A stretch of 64,000 nt of DNA, taken from the NCBI GenBank assembly GCA_900549415.1, contig URNX01000009.1, forward strand, positions 25,271 through 89,270, read 5' to 3'. The DNA comes from an uncultured bacterium (lineage in GTDB: Bacteria > Verrucomicrobiota > Lentisphaeria > Victivallales > UBA1829). This document shows, in pieces, positions 55,101 through 64,000 of this stretch. Position 1 is the first letter of the stretch, and every line of letters starts with the position of its first letter. The notes beneath the pieces were generated by a model. It did no database searches and was not told the DNA's origin. It worked only from the letters and a program-made list of their open reading frames with translations. Both the position numbers and the translations under genes were made by a program.

Positions 55101-57843
55101 CCCAGCCATCCTTTCCGCGGAACTCAGCAACTGCGCGGTAAACACCCGCACGGTTCGTCACAAATGACGGATTTTCACCATTCTTGAACGGAATTGAGCG
55201 TAATACAGGTCCGTCATTTTCATATTTCAGGTCGTCAGACAACTTTGCGCGGTACAGCCGGATCAGACCCGTACCCTCCACAGGCTTTCCGTTCGGATCG
55301 ACGGCCTCCACTTTCAGAGTTGTCACTTCATTCGGCCGGCGGAAACCGTTGACCGCATAAATAAAGAGCTCAAACGGCTTTGCCGCCGCAATCAGCGAAC
55401 CGGAAGCGGAAATGACCTTGCGGGAGGAATCCGTAACTTCCGCCTTGATGCTGTAACGGTAATTCCGCTCTTTCCGGTCTGCGGAAAGCTTCGTCGGAAT
55501 GCGGATGGAGAATGTCCCGTCAGCAGCAGTCTTTCCGGAAAATTCCGTTACAACCTCCCGGTCGGAATACCACGGGAAACATTTCCAAGTGTAACAGGTT
55601 GACGGCAGTTCACAGCCGTTGCCGTAAAGCCAGGAAAACGGGGAAACAAGCGGAATGTAGCTTCCGGAAACCTCGCGGATCACCGTTCCCCTCACCTCCG
55701 CCCCGGAAACGGGTGCACCGAAATAATAATCCGCATGAAGCGCAGCCGTCACTGTTTCGCCAAGACGGACCGGTTTTGACGGGATATCAAGCTTCACCTC
55801 GTACTCCGGCTTCTTATACTCTTCCACACGGAATGCAATGCTGCCGAACTTCTCCGCTCCAATGCTGTAATGACCGAGCGCCGCCTCTTCCGGAAGCGTG
55901 AATCTTCCGGAAAACGCTCCCGTTTCGGGGCTGACAGGCATTTTTGATGTATAGAGAATCTTTCCACGCGGTTCACGAACCTTAACCGTCACAAATGACG
56001 GATATTTTTCCGTCATTTGCGTGTAGGAGGCAAGACGGATAAAGCCGGAAAATTTCACCTTATCTCCCGGCTTGTAAACCGGACGGTCGGTCAGCATGAA
56101 TGCGCGTGAACGTTCATAAACGCCCGGATTTCTGCCTGAAGCCGGACTCCATCCGCTGTAAAACGCATATTTCCCGTTGAACTCCGCAAACGCCCAGAAG
56201 TTATTCATTTTCTTTTCCTGCGGCAAATCCACCGATCCGTCATTTGCGGAAATGACGGACAAATTCTTCGTCACAATCCGGACACGTCCGTGTTTTTCCA
56301 TTTCCTCCGGATTCCGCGAATAGATATTGCGGAAAAACCGGAAGTCAACCTTTTTTCCCGTAATCGGTGCGCCGTCCGATGCGCGGTTCAAAAGCAGTTT
56401 CGGAGCCAGCAGGTTTGAACTGGTGAGGGTAAACATGTAATCCGTCATCCAGACAATGATCTGACTGGTATTGCCGTTTTCGAGCGCAACGGTGACAAGC
56501 CACGCTCCGGCGTTTTTCAGCGGCAGCGCAATCTTTGTCTCCGTTTCCGCATGGCGCGGTAGAGGATTGAGTTTCAGCGGAATCTTCGCAATCACAGGTC
56601 CGAGTGAACCGGAATATTCCTTCAGAAGATGCGGAACCGGAAGCGAATAAAGATCATAAACCTCGTTTTTCTGCGGTTTTGAATGTGCGGCAAGCAAGGT
56701 TTTCATCAGTTTGGCTTCATCAATACGCTGAATCGAAACCGTGCCGGCTCTGGCGTTACGGAAACAGAATTTGAGTTCAGGTTCCGTCCCTGCGGGAAGA
56801 ATGCGGAGCGGCTCAAGCGAACCGAAATTGCCGGAAATCTGCCGCACAAGCTCCTTCTCTCCGGCGCGGCGCGCCATCTCCAGAGCCTTCTCCATCTGTC
56901 CGCGTCCGAGGTAAATATTCGCGAGAGTCCGCCAATCCTTCAACTCCTTGTAGAGCAAAATAAAATTGTGTTCATCCGGCATCCGGAAACGCATGATTCC
57001 ATTGGCAAGCTGTGCAATCGTTTCGGAATCGGAAAGAGTTTCAAGAACACGGCGGCTTTCCGCGTCGTTCCGTTCCACCTGGAACTGACGGGCAAGAAAA
57101 TCAGCGTAAATTCTGTCAGCTTCAATGTTTTTCCGGTCATGCGCGAGCTTGCGGAAAAACTGAAAACGTTCCCCGTCATTTGCCGCATCATCATACGATT
57201 TCGGCGTATTGTAAAAAACCGGAAGACCGTTTTTGCCAACCGGCGGACGGGAAAAGGAAGAATCTTTCCACATATTCTCTTCGTAATCGGGCAGCGAATT
57301 GAGCGCCGTCTTCTGCTGAAGTTTCCATGAATTGGAATCATTCCGTCCGGTAAACCAAAGCGCGGCGAATTTCGCGTAGAATTCCGCCGGGAGCGCATCC
57401 GGATTTTTGCGGTAAAGGTGATCGAACAGGCGCAGCAGCCGGACGCGGTCGCGCTCCGCGCAATTCAAAAACACACCGTATCCGCCGCGGTTGTTTCCGC
57501 GCGTAAAACTTTCACCGATGCGGTATCCGTAACTGGGAATCACATTCGATTTATCGTACAGGGCAAGAACAACCGGCACGCTCTCCGCGTACTTTGTCCG
57601 CACCAGTTCCAGCAGAAAATCAAACTCCTCCGGCTCATTCATCCGGGAAAGCCGCTGAAGCGCGGATACGAGGTTTTCCGCATTCTGTTTTTCCGTTGCT
57701 CCCGGAGGCGGATTCTGAAGAAGTTTTTTGTAATACGGGTAATTTTCCGTTCCGCTTTCCGCCACAACCGGCTTGATTACCGGAATATTCAAAGCGTGAA
57801 CACTTAAAGCCAAAGGGAAAAGCAACGCCAGCAGATATTTCAT
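52138..57843 (-). CDS. bacterial alpha-2-macroglobulin family protein (1901 aa), apparently lacking the CxEQ thioester
   Basis: There is a signal peptide. The C-terminal receptor-binding-type motif reads [65 protein letters not shown] aligns with the post-thioester DGS(W/Y)...TA.VL region of A2Ms. I found no C-[GL]-E-Q. Confidence 0.6.
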   Translation of the reverse strand: [1901 protein letters not shown]

Positions 57844-57849
57844 AAAAAA

Positions 57850-57882
57850 AGTTCCTCCGTATTTTTTATATACAGAGGAACT
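57850..57882 (-). terminator. hairpin plus U-tract terminator for the flotillin gene
   Basis: AGTTCCTC...GAGGAACT forms an 8-bp stem. The minus-strand reading then gives TTTTTTT (57844-57850). It sits immediately upstream of the A2M start codon. Confidence 0.45.
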
Positions 57883-57910
57883 CTATCACGCTTTTCCGAA
57901 AAAGCAAGTG

Positions 57911-59527
57911 TTATTTTGCTTCCGGCTCAACTTCCACTTTTGCCGTTTCCGCTTTTTCCCCGACCTTGCCAAGATATTCGGGAAGATCGAGTCCGGCCAT
58001 ATTAGCCACATCATGCAGCGGCGGCAGGCTCTTGATCATGCCGCTGAGAAAATTGGAGGTGGCAGTCTTGCCGTCTTTGGAATTTCCGCCGTCCCAGACA
58101 GTGACCTTGTCGATCTTGATATTCTTGATTGCCTCGGCCTGGAGTTGGACAACCTGTTCGAGTTTTTCGATGATGAGCATCTTTGCCGCGGCGTCCGGAT
58201 CGTTTCCGCAGGCGGTGACGATCTGGTTGAAGCCCTCGCCTTTCGCCTTCAGGATGGCGAAATTACCTTTTGCTTCCGCTTCGAGCTTGAGATAAATCGC
58301 GTCGGCTTCACCTTTTGCTTCGCGGCGGAGCTTTTCGGCTTCCGCTTCAGCGCGGATGACGGTCTGTTCCTTCTCAATTTCAGTCTTGACGATGTCTTCC
58401 GCTTTCTGACGTTCCATTTCCATCTTGGCGCGGGCAACCTGAGCGGCAGTTTCAGCCTCAAAATCAGCCTGTTTGATCTTGGCTTCCGCTACGCGTTTTG
58501 CAACTTCTCCCAGACGGAACGCCTCCGCTTCCTGAGAGATTCGCGTGGCGTTGGACTTTGCAATTTCAATCGCGGAGAGGTTTTCGCCTTCGATTGCGCT
58601 GGCATCCGCCTGCTTCACGGCAATACGGCGGTCGCGGTCGGCATTCGCTTCACCGGTCTGCGCTTCCGCGTCGGCGAGACGGACGGCGATACGCCGTTCC
58701 TTGTCGGCATTCGCCTCACCTGTCTGTGCTTCCGCGTCGGCCTGCTTGATGGCGACGCGCCGTTCCTTGTCGGCGTTCGCTTCACCGGTCTGCGCTTCGG
58801 CTTCGGCGAGGGAGACGGCGATTCGCTGGGCTTTGCGCGCTTCGGCTTCACCGATTCCGCCCTTCCGTTCCTCTTCGGCAACATCGATACGCGCCTTGTT
58901 GATGGCTTCCGCCGTGGCGCGTTTTCCGATGGCGTCAATGTACCCGCTCTCATCGGTGATGTCGGTGATATTGACGTTCAGGAGCTGGAGACCGAGCTTG
59001 TTGAGTTCTTCCGCGACGTTCTGTTCGATGTTGCGGAGGAAGGTTTCGCGGTCGGCGTTGATCTGTTCGATCGTCATGGAGGCGATCACCAGACGGAGCT
59101 GACCGAAGATAATATCCTTTGCGAGATCCGCAATCTCCTCCTGCGAGATTCCGAGCAGACGGTTTGCCGCGTTGCCCATCAGGGAGTTATCCGTGCTCAC
59201 GCCGACCGTGAAGACCGACGGCACGTTGATTCGGATGTTCTGCATGCAGAGGGCGTTGGTCAGATTGACTTCAATCTGCAGCGGACGCAGGGAAAGGAAT
59301 CCGTAATCCTGAATCACCGGCCAGATGAACGCCGCGCCGCCGTGAATACACCGCGCCGCCTTGTCGCCCTTCGTCTTACCGAAAATGACGAGCACCTGAT
59401 CCGACGGACACTTTTTATAGCGCGCCGCAATGCCGATCAGGACGATGAAGAGGATGAAAAGCAGAAAAATCGTGACGAGGATGCCCCCCGCCAGGAAACC
59501 GCCGGACGATGCAAGAATCAAATTCAT
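57911..59527 (-). CDS. flotillin-like SPFH/band-7 domain protein
   Basis: There is an N-terminal TM helix and an SPFH core (VIFGKTKGDKAARCIHGGAAFIWPVIQDYGFLSLRPLQIEVN). A long EA-rich coiled coil follows, 538 aa in total. Confidence 0.85.
   Translation of the reverse strand: MNLILASSGGFLAGGILVTIFLLFILFIVLIGIAARYKKCPSDQVLVIFGKTKGDKAARCIHGGAAFIWPVIQDYGFLSLRPLQIEVNLTNALCMQNIRINVPSVFTVGVSTDNSLMGNAANRLLGISQEEIADLAKDIIFGQLRLVIASMTIEQINADRETFLRNIEQNVAEELNKLGLQLLNVNITDITDESGYIDAIGKRATAEAINKARIDVAEEERKGGIGEAEARKAQRIAVSLAEAEAQTGEANADKERRVAIKQADAEAQTGEANADKERRIAVRLADAEAQTGEANADRDRRIAVKQADASAIEGENLSAIEIAKSNATRISQEAEAFRLGEVAKRVAEAKIKQADFEAETAAQVARAKMEMERQKAEDIVKTEIEKEQTVIRAEAEAEKLRREAKGEADAIYLKLEAEAKGNFAILKAKGEGFNQIVTACGNDPDAAAKMLIIEKLEQVVQLQAEAIKNIKIDKVTVWDGGNSKDGKTATSNFLSGMIKSLPPLHDVANMAGLDLPEYLGKVGEKAETAKVEVEPEAK
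58604..58801 (-). repeat. three tandem 66-bp coding repeats inside the flotillin gene (AEAQTGEANADKERRVAIKQAD x3)
   Basis: The units are direct repeats with a few substitutions. They are visible in both the DNA and the protein (residues about 243-308). Confidence 0.7.
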
Positions 59528-59823
59528 GGATACAACTCTCCTTTTCTGTTTTTTCGATACATATAATCACAGAAAACAGATTTTTCAAGCGGCGTTTCAT
59601 ATTTTATGCAAATATTTTTTCGCGACCGGATGTTGCCGGACAGCCCTCCGGAAAGCGGCTCAGCGCAAATCCGGATTTTCTTCAGGAAAAAACTTCTTAT
59701 ACTGAAAAAGTTAAAGAAAAAATTCAGTAAACTGTTTGACTTTTCAAAATTAGACTGTATCTTTCCTGTGAGCTGAAATCGACTGCAATTTCAGAAACAA
59801 TAAAATCCTCCGGGAAACGTTAT

Positions 59824-60453
59824 ATGTGCAGCAACCAAAAACGGAGGATAACGGTGAAAAGAAGAATGTTTTTTACTCTGACAGAGCTCCTGACGGCCAT
59901 CGGGGTCATCGCCTTGCTGGCCGCTCTTTTGCTGCCCGCATTGAACAAGGCCCGCGAAAAAGCAAACAGCATCAGCTGCAGAAGCAATTTGCGGCAGATC
60001 GGCATTGCGTTCAAGTCGTATTCCAACGACTTCCAGCGCATTCCGCGCGTCTGCATCATGCCCTCGAAACGTTCCGCCGCACAGGCGACCCCGGGCTCGG
60101 AGGAATACGAACCGAGCATCGCGGAACTGCTCGAAAATGAACTGCCGAAAGGCAGCCGTGTCTTCCGCTGCCCCTCCGACCGCGGCGCATCCGAGGATGT
60201 AATCGGCAAGTTCACAAATGAGGAAGACGACGACAAGCTCACCGAGATAGAGAAAAGCAATTACGTTTCCGACGGCAAGACCGACTTCGAGCGCGAAGGC
60301 TCCAGCTATGAATTCAACTCCTTCATGCGGCGCGTCACCGACCGCACCCGCGCCATGCTCATGCACGACTACCGCCCGTACCACGGGCTCGCCGGAAAAT
60401 CCGGTTCCTGCAACTACCTTTTCGCCGACGGTCACGTCGGTGATATGATATGA
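59824..60453 (+). CDS. DUF1559 prepilin-type protein (divergent N-terminus)
   Basis: The N-terminus reads [46 protein letters not shown]. The C-terminus carries LFADGHVGD. The start is ambiguous between 59824 and 59866. Confidence 0.75.
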   Translation: MCSNQKRRITVKRRMFFTLTELLTAIGVIALLAALLLPALNKAREKANSISCRSNLRQIGIAFKSYSNDFQRIPRVCIMPSKRSAAQATPGSEEYEPSIAELLENELPKGSRVFRCPSDRGASEDVIGKFTNEEDDDKLTEIEKSNYVSDGKTDFEREGSSYEFNSFMRRVTDRTRAMLMHDYRPYHGLAGKSGSCNYLFADGHVGDMI

Positions 60454-61109
60454 GGAGGCGCATCATGACCGGAATGTTCAAAAGCTGGAAATTCTATGCA
60501 ATTGTTGCGCTGCTCCTCTGCGGACTCGTCACAACCTATGCAGTCACCCGAAAACCGCGCCCGAAATCGGATAAACCGGAAGACATTGCAAGATTCGTGG
60601 CGTCCGACGGTTTCAAAAAACTCTCCGATGACGAGCAGAAAGCGTATATGCGCCAAATGCGTCCACCGCGCGGCGCAAACCGCGAGGACATGCGAAAACG
60701 CATGGATTCCCTCACAGAAGCGGAACGGCAGGCCATGTTCAGGAACATGCATGAACTGCGCGAAAGAGAACGGATCGCGGAACTGAAAAAATACTTTGCT
60801 CTCTCCAAAGCGGAGCGCGAAAAATATCTCGATGAAAAAATTGCGGAAGAAGACCGCCGTTTTGCCGAGTTTGAAAAACGCATGGCTCAGCATCGCGCAC
60901 AGGCGGCTCAAAACGCCAAGAACGGCGAACAGCCGCAGCGTCCGCCCCGTCCGTCAGAAGCCCAGCGCGCCGCCTTCATGAAGGAGCGGATTGAGACCAC
61001 GCCTCCGGAAGTCCGTGCTGCACGTCAGCAATTTCATAAAGATATGCAGGCGCGCAGAAAAGCGACTGGAAAAGAGAGGAAGCGTCCACAGCGCCCGCCG
61101 CGCGGATAA
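60450..61109 (+). CDS. hypothetical membrane-anchored, highly charged protein (219 aa)
   Basis: There is one N-terminal TM segment ([18 protein letters not shown]). An R/K/E-rich region follows. The ATGA start overlaps the DUF1559 stop. Confidence 0.55.
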   Translation: MRRRIMTGMFKSWKFYAIVALLLCGLVTTYAVTRKPRPKSDKPEDIARFVASDGFKKLSDDEQKAYMRQMRPPRGANREDMRKRMDSLTEAERQAMFRNMHELRERERIAELKKYFALSKAEREKYLDEKIAEEDRRFAEFEKRMAQHRAQAAQNAKNGEQPQRPPRPSEAQRAAFMKERIETTPPEVRAARQQFHKDMQARRKATGKERKRPQRPPRG

Positions 61110-61430
61110 AAAAGGTTCTTTGAAAAAACGGGTGCCCGGACAACCGGGCATTTTATCTGAATTAGGACAGAGAAAATCCGGCTGCCGCGGTGACCGGCGG
61201 AAGAAATTCCGTCAGTTGCCGGGCGCCTATTTAATTTGTTCTGAAAGAAAAAATGAAATCCGAACGACCGCAGCTCCGGGGATGAGTGTTTAGAAAGAAT
61301 TCACGAATGTTATGGCATCCGCCGGAGAACGGAAGGACGGCGATTATTTTTTTGCAGATAAAATGCTCCGGTCCCGGGTGCTCTTTTTCGCGGAGATGCA
61401 TGATCCGAACACTCATGCATCTCCGCTTTT

Positions 61431-62207
61431 TTATTTTAAAAGCTTTCCGGAAGAGCTCCGGTTCTTCCGCTCCTGTTCGTCCAGCATCCGCTGCATGGCG
61501 CGGGAAATCTCGCGCAGCATCTGCTCGTCGGAGGGAACAAGCGGAACATCTTTTTTCGGGGAAAGCGCTTCAATGATCCGGTAGATCAGCGGATTTTTCT
61601 TCCGGCTGACACGCTCGAATTCATCGCGAACCGTGTAGAGGTTCTGCGGCGGACGGCGGCGTTCGCCGATATTCAGCGCAGCGCGGTAATGGTATTTTGC
61701 TCTGGAATATTCGCGCAAAGCGGAAAACGAACGCGCAAGATAGACACGGTACAGAATATTGTCGGGAGCCATCGCAACCAGCCTCAGAAAAAGCTGGACA
61801 GCCTCTTTGAACCGCCGCTCCAGATAAAGTCCCCTCGCCTCGCGCCATGTCACAAAAACAAGAGTCCGCTCCAGATCCCTGAACAGCGTCATGAGCGTGG
61901 CGTCTTCCGGCGGTTTGTTGCCCACAATCAGCTCTTCCAGCGTGTCGTCCGACTCGGAATCCATGATCGTTTCAACGGAGGGCGGACGGCTTGAGACTGC
62001 CGCCCGGATCTGAAGATTGTATGCGTACCGCTTTTCCGGATCGGAAAGAATGTTGAACGCCTCGACCAGCAGCTTGAACTCCTCGTTCTTCTCCGGCGAA
62101 TTGCCGAACAGATCGGGATGGCAGGTGCGCACTTTGCGGTAATACGCCTTCTTCAGGGCCGTAAAATCGCAGTTCTGCGCGACTTCAAGCCGTTCGTAAT
62201 GCGTCAT
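61431..62207 (-). CDS. J-domain (DnaJ-like) protein with TPR-like C-terminal region
   Basis: YERLEVAQNCDFTALKKAYYRKVRTCHPDLF is a J domain and includes the HPD tripeptide. Confidence 0.8.
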   Translation of the reverse strand: MTHYERLEVAQNCDFTALKKAYYRKVRTCHPDLFGNSPEKNEEFKLLVEAFNILSDPEKRYAYNLQIRAAVSSRPPSVETIMDSESDDTLEELIVGNKPPEDATLMTLFRDLERTLVFVTWREARGLYLERRFKEAVQLFLRLVAMAPDNILYRVYLARSFSALREYSRAKYHYRAALNIGERRRPPQNLYTVRDEFERVSRKKNPLIYRIIEALSPKKDVPLVPSDEQMLREISRAMQRMLDEQERKNRSSSGKLLK

Positions 62208-63613
62208 AAGAGCGAGAACAGCACGGTCGCGCGTTTATAAAGACGGAGCACTGTAAGACGGAAACCGGAAATCCGGTGTTTGCGGACGGCATTTCCGCGT
62301 GTCATCCATTGCGAATTGCCCACGGTAAGCAGAGAATAAACGCAGATCCATGTCAGGCAGGGCAGACTGTAGAGTCCGAACGCAAACGCCCATGCCGCAT
62401 CCAGCCAGCCGTTCCGGCGCACGCAGATCACAGCGGGAATTCCCGACCAGACCAGAGCCGTGAGTGTCGAATAGAATATAAACGGAAGCGGTGAAACAAC
62501 CAGACACGTCAGCCAAAGCGGAATATAGAACAGCGGAAGAAGCAAATTCATGCTCAGAAAAATCATTCCGAGCTGGAAAGAGACAAGTTCATAGTTGAAC
62601 GGTTCGAAGCGGCGCAGAACCACGCCGAGCATCACCAGATTCTCCCGGACGTCGCTCCGGGTCCAGCGGATCAGCATTTTGCAGAGCGTGCGGTAATTGA
62701 CCGGCATTTTCGTGTATGCCTCCGCTGAACTCTGGTACTCCACGCGCCAGCGTTCGCGCAGAATCATACTGGTGATCGCCCGGTCCTCGCCGATCCCCGA
62801 AGGACGCCCCATGAACGTCTGGTTCACCCACTCGTCCAGCAGCGGACGGATCGCGGAAAGACGGTATGCGCTGAGCGCGCCCGGCGTGCAGAGCACCGAA
62901 CCGATGAAGCTTTGGGCGCAGCGGATCATTTCAAAACCGAACCCGAATGCGGCCTCCATAATCTTCGGAATAAAGCCTTCGTCGCAGTTGCTTACGCGGA
63001 TATTTCCCGCGACAGCGCCGACCTCCGGACGCTGGAACGGAGCCACAAGCGCACGGATTGCATTTTCCGTAATTGCGGAATCGCTGTCGACCGTTACGGC
63101 AATCTCACCGGAGGCTATCTGGAATCCTTCATAGAGCGCCCGCCGCTTGCCGCCGTTCTGCAGCAGATTCAGCGTCCGTATTCGTCCGGGGAACTCATTG
63201 GCGCCGCGTTGAATCCAGTCCCAGGTATCGTCACTTGATCCGTCATTGACGGCTATGATTTCAAGCTTGTCTGACGGGTAATTTGAGTTCATGACACTGC
63301 GAAGAGTCGTCAAAACATACTCGCCTTCATTAAATGCCGGAACAATGACGGAACATTTCGGCAAGCCGGAATCTTTCTGCTGCGGCATTTCACGGTAGAA
63401 AAATGCAAAGACAGCCGTCACCAGAAAATAAAGGAGCGACGCCAGAGCCGCGCAGAATCCGAGAACGGTAATATCGGCATTCACTTCAGAAAGCAGCGGT
63501 TCGCGCCAGTCGAAATCAAAATGGAAAAACGGCATGAGAATTGCAGCAATCACCGCACCTCCGGCCAGACACCACAATCCGGTCTTCACCGTATTTTCTG
63601 TATGCTTTTTCAT
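62204..63613 (-). CDS. family-2 glycosyltransferase, membrane-integrated and processive-type (NodC/cellulose-synthase-like)
   Basis: CSVIVPAFNEG...AVNDGSSDDT and TVDSDSA are the DxD motifs. LIRWTRS is the Q/RxxRW motif. Multiple TM segments flank the catalytic region. Confidence 0.8.
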   Translation of the reverse strand: MKKHTENTVKTGLWCLAGGAVIAAILMPFFHFDFDWREPLLSEVNADITVLGFCAALASLLYFLVTAVFAFFYREMPQQKDSGLPKCSVIVPAFNEGEYVLTTLRSVMNSNYPSDKLEIIAVNDGSSDDTWDWIQRGANEFPGRIRTLNLLQNGGKRRALYEGFQIASGEIAVTVDSDSAITENAIRALVAPFQRPEVGAVAGNIRVSNCDEGFIPKIMEAAFGFGFEMIRCAQSFIGSVLCTPGALSAYRLSAIRPLLDEWVNQTFMGRPSGIGEDRAITSMILRERWRVEYQSSAEAYTKMPVNYRTLCKMLIRWTRSDVRENLVMLGVVLRRFEPFNYELVSFQLGMIFLSMNLLLPLFYIPLWLTCLVVSPLPFIFYSTLTALVWSGIPAVICVRRNGWLDAAWAFAFGLYSLPCLTWICVYSLLTVGNSQWMTRGNAVRKHRISGFRLTVLRLYKRATVLFSLL

Positions 63614-64000
63614 AAGATAATTCTCTTTTTCAATTTTTAAAGGTTATAATTTACACCGGAAAAGCAATAATTCAACGCAGCAAAGCAACAAATCCGGAAA
63701 ATATACCGGCAGCGCATGTTGAAGAGGTGTTCATAATCTGTCGAAAAACTGTTCAGAAAAACTGAATAACTTTCCGCATGTCAATAACAGCTTTTTCATC
63801 CACAGGATTCCTACAAATTCTGCACATGGAGAAAACATAAAAAAATGAGTGTATTTTGATCGTTTATGAACATTTAAACAGCCCCTACTGCTATAAATAA
63901 ATGAATAAAATAGAAAAAGTACAGTAGTAAATCTGTGCATAACCGGCGCCGCATGAAAAATCCGCTTTTTTCGGAATTTTGAACTCTAATATGTCAACAG

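Noticed and set aside
58604-58801. Tandem 66-bp repeats: could they be a CRISPR array?
   Set aside because: The repeats are in-frame coding repeats of the flotillin coiled coil, with no spacers and only near-identical units. I saw no cas genes.

Overview
This is a GC-rich (about 58-60%) bacterial chromosome segment. It most likely comes from a PVC-superphylum organism (Lentisphaerota/Victivallales-like, Planctomycetota or Verrucomicrobiota). That assignment is an inference from the six DUF1559 'prepilin-type N-terminal cleavage/methylation' genes carrying the [24 protein letters not shown] motif.

The dominant structure is a repeated carbohydrate-utilisation cassette, present five times between about 0.6 kb and 44 kb. 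Each copy reads: regulator (LacI-family, or AraC in one case) -> DUF1559 pseudopilin-like gene -> one or two large secreted glycoside hydrolases -> often a small secreted beta-sandwich protein. Each copy is headed by a near-consensus sigma70 promoter (TTGACA-N17-TGnTATAATTAA). One of the LacI genes is frameshifted. A sixth copy survives only as gene fragments at 12.1-13.4 kb.

Between the cassettes lie housekeeping genes: rsmI-gmhB, holA, an M42 peptidase, prfB, lpxK, tRNA-Pro(GGG) and ldhA. A MerR-controlled redox operon encodes a leader peptide, a flavodoxin lipoprotein and a CMD-cupin fusion. A 1427-aa gene fuses a GH13 domain to an amylo-1,6-glucosidase domain, the eukaryotic glycogen-debranching layout. 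Further along are a 1901-aa alpha-2-macroglobulin-like protein, a flotillin, a J-domain protein and a GT2 glycosyltransferase.

I saw no CRISPR array, rRNA, integrase or transposase. Family assignments rest on motifs read from the ORF translations. No database search was possible.
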